The notes beneath the pieces are model-generated. The model ran no database searches. It saw only the letters and a list, made by a program, of their open reading frames with translations, and was not told the origin of the DNA. From positions 1 through 64,000 of the forward strand of contig JALJEE010002622.1 of the NCBI GenBank assembly GCA_023231475.1: 64,000 nucleotides of DNA, in the 5' to 3' direction. This DNA is from Seison nebaliae. Lineage: Eukaryota. Positions 1 through 10,203 of the stretch are shown piece by piece (position 1 is the first letter of the stretch; each line of letters starts with the position of its first letter). The translations under genes and the position numbers were made by a program.

Positions 1-37
1 AAAGGTAGCAGTAGCGCCCTAAATAGTATCGATATTC

Positions 38-290
38 GGACACATTCGAATGGACACACGATATCACACACGGACACATTGATATCAAATATCAAGGAAA
101 ATGGGAGTAGAACTGTCCGATTTTTTCGAAAAAGGAGTAGATCTGTCCGAATTTTAACAAAAAGGAGTACTACTGTCCAAATTTTTCGAGAAAGGAGTAG
201 AACTGTCCGAATTTTTTGAAGGAAGGAGTAGATCTGTCCGTTTTTCCTCTACCAGGGTGTAGAAATTAGAAGGAGTAGAACTGTCCGTAT
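38..290. repeat. Subterminal repeat array, probably one end of a DNA transposon running off the left edge
   Basis: Five degenerate copies of GGAGTAGA(A/T)CTGTCCG between ~103 and 287 (the first four at ~35 bp spacing), preceded by three GGACACA motifs at 38-78. No transposase or partner end visible. Confidence 0.6.
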
Positions 291-327
291 ATGATGAAAG
301 TATATGAAAGTTAAGAAGAAAAAATTA

Positions 328-398
328 TGCACTGACCGGGAATCGAACCCGGGCCGCCCGCGTGGCAGGCGAGCATTCTACCACTGAACCATCAGTGC
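328..398 (-). tRNA. tRNA-Gly (GCC)
   Basis: Reverse complement GCACTGATGGTTCAGTGGTAGAATGCTCGCCTGCCACGCGGGCGGCCCGGGTTCGATTCCCGGTCAGTGCA; full cloverleaf, anticodon loop CT-GCC-AC, T-loop GGTTCGATTCC. Confidence 0.97.
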
Positions 399-757
399 AA
401 TAATTTATGTTGTAAAATAGATATAAATACCGAGCATAATAATATTTCGTGATTTAATTGAAGAACTGAAATGAAGAGTAAACATTATAATGGAAATAAT
501 TGAATTCGATCTGACTAGGATTATTATTCTACGAACGAATGAAGATAATTTTTTCCGAACGAACTTGATGAAGAAATAAAATTAAAAAAGTTATGGGAAA
601 AACTTTCCTTGTCTTTTAATTATTCCATTCAATAAAGGAAAAACAATAACGGAGAATATAAGAATATTATAAGAACAAAAATGGAAAAATGTAAATGAAA
701 CATATTTTCCGTGTAGTTGTGTTTTTTTTTAGTTCGTTTTAGTTTGTGTCGTTGATA

Positions 758-2692
758 ATGAATAATTCCGAGGACACATCGAATGAAGAAGAGAAAGTCG
801 AATTAGCTGAAGAAGTTAATTCGAAACTACAAATAGTTGAAGAGTTTGATATTGATGAGTTCATGGAGAGACAACGTAGAGAAGAAGAAGAGCTTAAGAA
901 CAAAGTAATTAGGAATACTGTTGAGGAGCCGCCGTGTATTTTTAACGCTTTTTGTGCATGTTTGTATATAGTGAACCTCCAAATCATAATGTGGTCCCCA
1001 TATTTGTTGGATATGTTGCGGCGAAAAAATGAATGTCGTCAGATTACCTGTAACGTGTTTAATGAGATTAATTCATATCAAACTTTCCAACCGAATACAA
1101 TTCCCAGAAATATTCCCCATAATTATTTGAAACACGAAGTATTGACCATGATGGGTCTTCATAAACCGTATAGGGAATTCTTAACTTCGACATATAAAGC
1201 GTCTTTCGGATCGAAATGTGGAGAAAAACGTATTGACGATCAAAGTTACTGTCTATTTAATTTCTTTCGATTGTTAATGATGGATAAAAGAAGAACGGCA
1301 ACATTAAACGATCTTCTTCGGTTGTCAACAAATCAAACTGAACTTGAGAGAAACCGTAAAAATGAGAAATGTGTAACAGCCTTAAAGAAATTAGGGAAAC
1401 GAATCGATTTCGCAAAAGAAGCTGGAGATCAAGAGAAATTTTTGTTAGGTAATGATTTGGTGAGTCGTGATACGAATATATGGATAACTTTGGTCGCTCA
1501 TCTATTTCTGGATCCATTAGACCGTAACGGAGAATTTATCGGTATTGTCATGTATCCTGATATGGAAACTGAGTATATAAGGACTGAAACGGAATATTTT
1601 CCGATGGTACCCCCACAACTAATCGACGTGATGGTACACATACCTCCATTAAAGCTTTTAATCGTACAATTTGGTACGGAAATTGTGGAGGAAAAATATT
1701 ACGATATTTCAAAATCATTCTTGGAATATATGGACTCGATACAAAGTCGAACGTTCAACGAACGAGTTGGGAAAGATCTGTATTGGATTAGAGAGAAAGC
1801 GGCAGAAGTTATTCACCGTTACGGTTATCCTAAAGTTGTGATTACGCCCGAGAGATCCGTTGATGGAAATGTGAACGCAGTCCAATTAAGTGTAGAAACT
1901 CACATGGGTTTGACCAGGCGGATAATGGACGCTATTAGAAGAGTAAGGGCCGAACCGTTAATTACGTTGGAACAACTTCAGAACCATCATCCTCTAACTC
2001 CATTGCGAGATCTTCTTTTTTCAAGATATAGTCCCAGACTTAGTGCCCATTATTGGAATGATGACGGTTTTTCAAAAATGAGATTATTCCGGAATTTCAT
2101 AAACGATAAAGAAGGTGACAATTATTTGTTGTTCGCATTACAACTGGAAATTGACACACAACACTATCGAATGATTCCAAAAACATCTTTACCTGAATTG
2201 TGTGAGAAGGAAATCGAATATTTTAATCGAACTTTTCTCCGTACAATAGATTATTTGCGTGATATAACACATTATGAAGAATCGTTGCCGAACAATGAGA
2301 TAATTGTTAATTATGTTAAAAGTATATTAAAATCTCCCATTGAATATGAAACGCTCGCCAATGTCGATAAATTTCATCAGATGAGATATTTACAGAGGCA
2401 AATACCATTTACCCCACATTTCGATACGGAGCGACCACGTTATAGACCGGGTCATGCTATGGTTATGATAAGAACTTTCAACAATAATTGGCACGTCGTT
2501 GATAATGACCATATATATCGTGTAGAGAGACCATGGTTCTTTCTCCAAACCGATAATGGATTTAGTGACATCGCCAATATGTATTGGCATGAAGAACGAT
2601 CGTATGACCTGAAAGAGGATCTAAAGCAATATATGAAACCCATTATATCCAAGGACTATGATCATAAAGATGGCATGATGCTATATCATTAA
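758..2692 (+). CDS. Intronless, highly divergent ubiquitin-specific protease (peptidase C19)-like protein, 644 aa from first ATG
   Basis: Cys-box-like IRNTVEEPPCIFNAFCACL (TGT at 935), box-4-like IPPLKLLIVQF, box-5-like IEYETLANV, His-box-like GHAMVMIRTFNNNWHVVDND (His at 2453, Asp 16 residues later at 2501). The ORF-track start at 746 is a GTG; first ATG is 758. Confidence 0.65.
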   Translation: MNNSEDTSNEEEKVELAEEVNSKLQIVEEFDIDEFMERQRREEEELKNKVIRNTVEEPPCIFNAFCACLYIVNLQIIMWSPYLLDMLRRKNECRQITCNVFNEINSYQTFQPNTIPRNIPHNYLKHEVLTMMGLHKPYREFLTSTYKASFGSKCGEKRIDDQSYCLFNFFRLLMMDKRRTATLNDLLRLSTNQTELERNRKNEKCVTALKKLGKRIDFAKEAGDQEKFLLGNDLVSRDTNIWITLVAHLFLDPLDRNGEFIGIVMYPDMETEYIRTETEYFPMVPPQLIDVMVHIPPLKLLIVQFGTEIVEEKYYDISKSFLEYMDSIQSRTFNERVGKDLYWIREKAAEVIHRYGYPKVVITPERSVDGNVNAVQLSVETHMGLTRRIMDAIRRVRAEPLITLEQLQNHHPLTPLRDLLFSRYSPRLSAHYWNDDGFSKMRLFRNFINDKEGDNYLLFALQLEIDTQHYRMIPKTSLPELCEKEIEYFNRTFLRTIDYLRDITHYEESLPNNEIIVNYVKSILKSPIEYETLANVDKFHQMRYLQRQIPFTPHFDTERPRYRPGHAMVMIRTFNNNWHVVDNDHIYRVERPWFFLQTDNGFSDIANMYWHEERSYDLKEDLKQYMKPIISKDYDHKDGMMLYH

Positions 2693-3503
2693 TGTGAATT
2701 ACAGTTTTTTATTATCAACGTTTGTGTTATACTATAGTATATTATTAAACATTATATATAATATTAATAATATATTATTAAGAATTTATTTTGGTCAGGA
2801 ACTTGTCGAAACTTCTCTTGGGACTTTAATTTTCTCGAACTTCCATGTCCATCATCACTGACAAACTACTTCATTTGTTACTTTTTTAATTCAAAAGTGT
2901 TTTTTGAATTCGACTTAGAAATTTTGTAACCCAATTCTTGAGGGAATTATATTGATTTATTTTCTCATTATTTATTTAATTAATTTAAGATTTTTCACGA
3001 ATTTGTTTTTTTGAAATTTTCAAAATAAAACTCATTAGTCATAATTTCAAATGGATGCTTGAAATGAAGTTTAATAAAAAACTTTATCATTGTAGACCAT
3101 TTTAAACAAAAAACATAAAATAAATTTAAATACATTAAATTTAATCTCATATGTTAAATATTTCTATTTATAATTTATGAACTTGATAATATGAAGTTTT
3201 AAAAAATGTAAACGATAAAAAGTTCTAAAAACCAATTTAAATTGGATTAATTTTTATTTATTTAATACAAATAATCATTAAATTAGAAAGAAAACTAAAT
3301 AACACAGTTGATAAATTGTTGGAAATAAGAGATCTAGCTTTATCGATGCGAATTGGTGCAGATTCAGGAATTAAAATAGACTATAGAGGCATAAGAACAA
3401 GTAGAAATTATAGAATAATTCAAATTAATTGAAAGATGGGATAGAAGAATCGATTCCACTATCTAAAACATTTAGTAGATTCGAGTAACCGAAATAAAAA
3501 TTT

Positions 3504-4513
3504 CTATTTTCCGAGCGTTAGTCCAAAAATTTCCAGTTTGTCCATATACATCCAATTGTCCGACACTTAATGAAAAATTAATTATACTGGAACAATGAAA
3601 AGAAACCCGCTCCCTCTGATTTTTTCGATAATATTATGACATGTCGAGTATTTCTATCATCTTTCCATGTGTTATGACAAAGATGGTCATCAGAAAAAAT
3701 TCCCGTTATATACTTTTCGACATTGCAGTCAACCGTATATTCTCTATCGATGTATGCGAGTTCATATTTCTTAGAATTATAATCACTGTTTGAAAATTGA
3801 TGTTGTCTTCTCGATCATTTAAGAAATATATAACCTGTTTAAATAACACTTGTATGGGTTCTTTAATTTAATGAATTGTTCAAGATTATTTTTGTCATAA
3901 ACATCAGACCGAAAAAAGGTTGTCCTACTGAACCATTTGCTAGTCGTGTATTGTGGACGATTTCCGAAAAAAAGTTTCGCTACGATTCCATTGGAGTTGT
4001 GGAAGTTGATTTGAATCTAACGATAATAATGAAAGAAAGAAAATGTTGAACTAAAAAAAACGAAGGCGAAATTAGAAAATTTTCGGGATATTTCCAAATT
4101 ATTTTCAACTTCCCTCACCCATTTATCCCCGAAATTCTCAGATTCGTTCGTTGAGAATGACAGTAAACGATGTTCTACGAAATGAAAATAGTTGAACAAT
4201 TGAAATGAATTAAACTAGCGAGTATTCGATAGTTGGGTTCACCCACACTTTTTACACAAACCAGATCTAAATCTAAAACTTTTGGTACGATTGGTTTGGG
4301 TGGGAAATGGCAGATATATTTGTATTCTTCCACATATTTTTCGATGTAACTTCTATCAATATTTACGGGCATCTTATAAAGAGAAACGGATTCCAATTCT
4401 CCATTTTCGTCCATGTTCCGTACTAAAGTAAAAATTAAGTTGAATCGTTTACTGGAGATAATGTGGATGAACGATACGAAATAGACGTAAACAATTTCTC
4501 TCAAGAACACCAT
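3504..4513 (-). CDS. Five-exon orphan protein (~277 aa) with probable signal peptide
   Basis: Hand-assembled exons 4513-4216, 4174-4062, 4016-3835, 3785-3607, 3565-3504; four 41-49 nt GT-AG introns, all phase-consistent; N-terminus MVFLREIVYVYFVSFIHIISS. Links ORF-track fragments 4175-4531 and 4017-4199. No recognisable domain; last exon least certain. Confidence 0.65.
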
Positions 4514-5528
4514 TTTTTTTGAAACTTTCACAAAAAATGTTGTTAACTTTTTGTTTATTAGGAAGTATAATTATATAACTTCCCTGAAGAAACAAGAAAT
4601 GGAAATTGTTAAATCGATGAAGTTTATTTGAAACAAAACATTTTTAAAAACATTCTTTAAATTACTCTTCAGCTTAGTCAAGAACTACTTTTATTACTAA
4701 TGAAATGGATTTAAATTACAATATATTACTCTAATAGCACACGACGACAATTGAATTATTGACTTTCTTTTTGGAACATCGCATCTAATCTAGAATATTC
4801 CTCTTCGCAATATTGTTTATCAAGTGTCTCAACTTGCATTATATTGATGAATTATGAAATTAAACCAAAAAGGAAATTCGAAAACATCAGACAAATTCTC
4901 TCGTTTAAGTTGTAGCCGTAACAAGTGATAAACTCTAATTTAACAACTAATTGAACTACATTAAATTGAAAGTTTCAATTTGAGAGAAAAGTGATCTAGA
5001 GAATTATTCCTTCCTCCCACGAAATTATTTAATTCGCACAAAATTTATGAATGAAACTAATTTTTATTGTAGTTCAATTTTTTGAAAAGGTTTTGGAAGT
5101 CGCTTGATGATTCTATAGAGAAAACAGTTAATCTTATTAGTCGGTAATATAATAACGAATATTTATTTATAGATTAGATGATGTTTAAAAAAATCATATT
5201 GTCCCAGTAATAGAACAAAGACATTTAATTTTTCCATTATTTGGCCATTAGTGGAAAATTTCATGATAGAATTATTCTAATGGAAATTTAAATTTCTGGA
5301 ATGCCGTATAGATAATAAGAAGAAGTCTTTTAAAGACATGAGACATAAGACAAATTATAATAAAGAAAAATCAATAATTTCTCTTTAACTCTTTTCTTCC
5401 TTCGGTTCTTTTGGTTAAACTCATTTAAAAGTTTTTAATTTTAAAATTATCGTGAAATAATTTTCAATTTCACATGGCACAAAATAAGTTCATTTTTTTC
5501 ACTGATTCCTAGAAATCTCGTTTCGGAA

Positions 5529-5897
5529 ATGACTAGAAATATTTGTGTGACGTGTCGGAAGGAATTAGATAATTTTAAGACGACAAACCAAAGACTTTTC
5601 GAATGTGCTCATGTGATTTGTTTAATGTGTTTAAATAACATTGAAAAAAAGACGTGTCCTCTATGTAATTGTGCATTGATAAAAGATAATACGATACAGG
5701 TCCTCACTCTAACAGAAGGAGATCAATTCAGTGCCATTTTGAAGAAGAACGGCAGTATTCGAAGTCAGAGCAATCGAATCGAGGAGCAATCAAGAAAGAA
5801 TGAACCTGTACAATTACAACTAAACTTTCTGAAGAAACAACTAGAAAATTATGAAGAATATGTGGGAAAATTGAAAGTTTTATCGGAGAAACTTTGA
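5529..5897 (+). CDS. Small RING-HC finger + coiled-coil protein (architecture like the Zip3/RNF212/HEI10 class)
   Basis: CxxC...CxHxxCxxC...CxxC (CVTC, CAHVICLMC, CPLC) at the N-terminus, then a heptad-like helix QLQLNFLKKQLENYEEYVGKLKVLSEKL. Confidence 0.75.
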   Translation: MTRNICVTCRKELDNFKTTNQRLFECAHVICLMCLNNIEKKTCPLCNCALIKDNTIQVLTLTEGDQFSAILKKNGSIRSQSNRIEEQSRKNEPVQLQLNFLKKQLENYEEYVGKLKVLSEKL

Positions 5898-6107
5898 TGA
5901 AAAAATTAAATTTTGTTGGACTATTAATAATTCGAACATGTATTTTGTGCATTAATCTCTGATTGTTTCAACATGCATTAAACCTTCCTTATTTGTTTTG
6001 AGTTGAATAAATTTAAAAATTATCTTATTGTTTTTATGATTTAAATGAGTAAATGATCGTTAATAAAATTAATTAGGTTTATTCATATTTCTTCTCAATG
6101 TTATGTC

Positions 6108-6180
6108 GTCCCTGTAGCGCAGTGGATAGCGCGTTGGACTTCTAATCCAAAGGCCGTGGGTTCGAATCCCACCAGGGATG
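6108..6180 (+). tRNA. tRNA-Arg (TCT), intronless
   Basis: GTCCCTGTAGCGCAGTGGATAGCGCGTTGGACTTCTAATCCAAAGGCCGTGGGTTCGAATCCCACCAGGGATG; anticodon stem TTGGA/TCCAA, loop CT-TCT-AA; TTTT shortly downstream. Confidence 0.97.
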
Positions 6181-6187
6181 TTAATTT

Positions 6188-6845
6188 TATGAAAATAGTC
6201 CATCATCATCATGAAGCGTTTTGTTGTGGAGAATCTTGTCGGGATCAATGAAATTGCAATTTTCGTTGCCTATTTGTTCTTTGTGGAGACCCATCCTGCC
6301 ACAGGTTATTCTGCCATTACGTTGCCAATTACATGTATGACAGATTTGTCGATTTTGGGAATTTTGAATTCCCTTTTAAATTTTAGTTATAATTCCTATT
6401 TTGATTGTTATTACTTCCGTCTCTTGACGTACTACCAAAATTAGTTCGTCATCTAGTATATTATCCGCACACACTTCTTTCGCCAATCCAACTCGGTCTG
6501 TTCAAATTGATTAATGTTATAGTTAATTTTATTTTGATCGTTATATGCGCTACGCAAATACTCGGTTACGTAGCGAAGGATTGGTTGCATTAACGTTGCC
6601 GCTAATTCTTCATCCGTTAAATGGTAGTATGCCAATTTGGGGTGGATTGTCGGCAACCATTCTTGTCGGTTATCGTCCTTGGTGATAAATAACAATAATC
6701 ATTATATCGATGTAGAATGTAGAAATTATGAAACATTTTCTTAATAAGCTTTAGACATTCAACTATAGTTCCACATTATAATGTAAGTTAACTTTGTTCT
6801 TAATAATTCAATTTTATCAGAGAAATGGTTGTTCGGGGTTAAAGA
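6188..6845 (-). pseudogene. Probable decayed paralog of the C-terminal half of the 758-2692 USP-like gene
   Basis: Minus-strand frames read LTP...KLTYIIMWNYS*MSK / KMFHNFYILHRYNDY / (1-nt deletion) LLFITKDD...HLTDEELAATLMQPILRYVTEYLRS...HDDDGLFS*. These are colinear with LTP...RLSAHYWNDDGFSK MRLFRNFINDKEGDNYLLFALQ...ELCEKEIEYFNRTFLRTIDYLRD...DHKDGMMLYH* of the intact gene. Aligned by eye only. Confidence 0.45.
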
Positions 6846-7372
6846 CTATTAAATTCAATTAATCATTAAAGACAATTCGTTTATTGGTAATTAATTAGTT
6901 AATTTATTTAAATATTTTAATGGAGATTTGGAGAGTGACTGAATGGGATGAATTCCGATGAGAAAAACTTCAATTTGGAGATAAGTCATTGAAACTGGGA
7001 TATCCTCAGAAGATTGAAAAAGAATGAGGTGTCTGTGAATTTGTGGTCTGTCGTGTGGCCGTTGACACGATTAGTGGAGAGTTAGGTTATAACGCAAGAT
7101 ATGGAAGATGATTTTATTTATATTATTATAATAATTATATTATGTTATTATAAGCGAAAGAAGGTGTTATTGTTAAATCATGATACTATCTTCTTTCAGC
7201 TTACATTTTACAGCTTACATTTTAAGTTCAACCGCTTCTACACTACAGGTGGAAGGAGAAATTCGAAAGAATTCAATGAACGATTATTTTAAAATATTAT
7301 TCCGATTTTTTTATCTGTTTCTTCACGCATAATCTTCCTCTTTTTTCCTCTAATAATAATTTCGAGTTTTCA

Positions 7373-9749
7373 ATGGCTATCCAACAATCGCATTCTTGGA
7401 GAGAATTGTTGAAGTATGAGCCATTGGATGTTGAGACTATCGCACGATTCGCCATTGCCATCCCCAAAAAGAAGTTTCGGAGTATATTTCGAAAGTTCCT
7501 CTTGGAGAATGGTAATCCGACGATGTGTATTTATGAGTATTGTGCCCAACGGAAGATCCCCGCCCCCAATGTCGTGGAGTGTTTCCAGACGATGGAATGT
7601 AATTCTCCCGTTGAATTCTCGTCCCGTATCGAATTTCCTGATACCATCAAATTTCCAATATGTTCCGGTAAGACGAAAAAGAAGGCGACATATAATGCAT
7701 CGATGATTGCAATGATTTATCTTCTCGTATTACACGAAGAGGAGATTTTGGAAGTTGATTTCGATTCCGACGTAACTTACACTTATCAATTACGTTATCT
7801 GAATGATGATAATGTCGAATGGTTAATCGATCGGACATTGGAAGTTCATGAACAACCAGAATGTTATAAGAAATATTTGAATCATAAAATTGGTGAAATT
7901 GAAGATATTTCCGTTTTATTTCGTCACTCTAATCAATTCAATTTTTCCGATGTGCTTTTATTGAAAAATATTCAATATCGTTTACCTAAATTACAATTGA
8001 TGAGATTAAGTAGACGTCACAATTTCAAAGTGGATTTTGCGACGAAAGAGATCGAAGAAAATCAAAAAGTTTCCATCACACTCAACATCGAATTTGATGA
8101 TGAGAGTGAAATAATGAAAAATTCGACGGTTTCCAAACGGTTCGAGAAAACAGTAAAGAACAATGTGGAATTAGTTGGCGAAAGACGTATATGTAAATGG
8201 GCTCTCAATTACTTGTTCAATACGTATGTGTACGGTTACCGTTTGAAGGATTTGATGACGACATTTGATGAGATAAATTTAAATGTCATTCAAGAAATTC
8301 AATCGAATAATTCACTTCTTGGTCAATTGGCACTTGCGGGAAATCAAAAATATTTCGCTACTATACTACAAATGTCACCGTCAAGGACGAGGGCGTCAAA
8401 AATGGTCGCTTTTGCTTCCTGTGCCGATGGAATCCATCAACATCTTCCTCAGCAATTTTTCAAGGAAAACATAAAAAATTCTGGTCGATATTTACACGAC
8501 ATGAGTTTATTGACGATGTTGAGACGATCATTTTGTATGTATTTGAATGAACAAATTCAAAAATTGGAAGATGATTCTTCGTCGTCCATTTTTGAAAATA
8601 TCCTCCCCCAACATCAATCCAAAGTATTTGATGGTACGACTTGTTTGAGATTGTGTCCGGACGTCTCCTTCAATCTTTTCCTCAATTTCATTCCTGACGG
8701 TTGTGCATTTGACGTTTGTGAAATGGTAAATGAGAGCAATTTAAATAATGTTTCCGTCGATCGTTTAGCTTATCTGGAGAATTTGGAAAATGATATTTCT
8801 CATTTCGACGCCCAATTGACTGATGAAATTTATTCGCGAATGAAAGATGTAGTGAAATTCGAGAAGAATTTATGGCATTCTGGACATCATATGAATAATC
8901 TGAGAGAATCATATGCTCAAGGTCGAGTAACTGCATTTCATGTGAAGGATGTAAATTTGAATGAATCGATCCCGATCGATCGGGAAGAAATGAATGGAAC
9001 TCTTCCAATGTCCTCCACCGACAAATTGACACAATGGCAAATTTTGGGTTGGCAAGGCAGTTTAATGTCATCTCTCATTAAACCCGTCTACATGTCCTCC
9101 ATAACGATAGCGGATAAAAATTTTCATTATGAAACTCTCTGTTCAGCTTTTTGTTGTCGAATGTCCGATTATCCACTCATTCAACAACTTCCCCAAAACT
9201 TCGTCCTGAAACATCCACGAATTGGTCGCCCTTATTCCCATGTGGCATTTCCCAAATTGAAGAGTTTAATAACAGAATTTCGCATCAAATCCGAACAACG
9301 AATAATACATGATGATCATGATCATTCGAATTCCTTCCTCGTTCTCTATGCAGCTGATGTGGAGACGTACGAAATCATTGATACATCCACCGGTTTAGAG
9401 ACGGATTTCTCTCACACTAAAACTAATTCATTCACTCCTCTCATGTGTAAATTGGGGAATTTGAATCGATTTCTTTTCACGTTGAAAAGCTTGAATAAGG
9501 GATCCATTGAATTTTCTTCGCAATTCCTCGACGATAATGACGACGAACTTCTTTATGAACAATTCAAACAGAGATTAGGAGAAATGAGCGGATATTCATT
9601 AGCTAAACGAATTTTCCGTCAACATATCGAACGTTGCCAGTTAATTCATTTCTCATTATTTATTTTAATTTTTTCTTTTTTAAAGATTTGGAAGATGGAA
9701 ATCAGTATCTCATCTACTTAATCATTTTCCCGTCCCAATTTCAAAATGA
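7373..9749 (+). CDS. ADAR-family dsRNA-binding protein with degenerate deaminase domain (ADAD/TENR-like)
   Basis: dsRBD NPTMCIYEYCAQ...SGKTKKKATYNASMIAM plus a second degenerate dsRBD; deaminase landmarks LHDMSLLTMLRRSF, FNLFLNFIPDG, MSSTDKLTQWQILGWQGSLMSSLIKPVYMSSI. One 46-nt intron 9640-9685 restores the ADAR-type end AKRIF...CQFGRWKSVSHLLNHF; stop at 9747-9749. Confidence 0.88.
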
Positions 9750-10093
9750 TCGATTGAATTCCATTTCAAAAAAATATTGAAAATTTCTTCATCATGAAAA
9801 TTATTGTAAAAATTTGGGTTGTATAACTAAATTATTTTTCCTCTTTTTTTTCATAGATCTCATTCAAATTATCTCTATTCTCATTTTTCCTTCAATCTCT
9901 GTAAATTTTTTCTAACTTCCGTTTTATTATTAAACGAATATCTTTTGTCTAATCAATCTCCAAAACATCATCACCATTATCATCATCATGTGTCATTTGT
10001 GTTTGAAAGATTTGAATGATATTTTTTAAAACTTAATTTTTATCTTATATTTTAAATGAAAAGAAAATAATTTTAATGTTAAAATTCCATATG

Positions 10094-10203
10094 AATTTAA
10101 GAAAAATTCGAAATAAAAAACGATGAGAATTTCTAATCTCATGAACAATTTCAATTAATTAATTCAATTCTCATCGTTTTTTATTTCGAATTTTTCTTAA
10201 ATT
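10094..10203. repeat. Perfect 38-bp inverted repeat with 34-nt spacer
   Basis: 10094-10131 AATTTAAGAAAAATTCGAAATAAAAAACGATGAGAATT is the exact reverse complement of 10166-10203. Confidence 0.95.

Noticed and set aside
103..290. CRISPR-like array (repeats with short spacers)
   Set aside because: Repeats are degenerate ~16-mers, the spacers resemble each other, no cas genes are present and the context is eukaryotic; better explained as transposon subterminal repeats.
6920..7110. Frame interrupted only by TGA codons, suggesting TGA readthrough or an alternative genetic code
   Set aside because: Short with no homology; conserved genes here use TGG for Trp and TGA as a true stop (ADAD, neurabin, ankyrin).
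9640..9721. Hydrophobic C-terminal tail LIHFSLFILIFSFLKIW of the ADAD-like ORF as a membrane anchor
   Set aside because: It is translation of the T-rich intron 9640-9685; splicing restores the conserved ADAR-type C-terminus.
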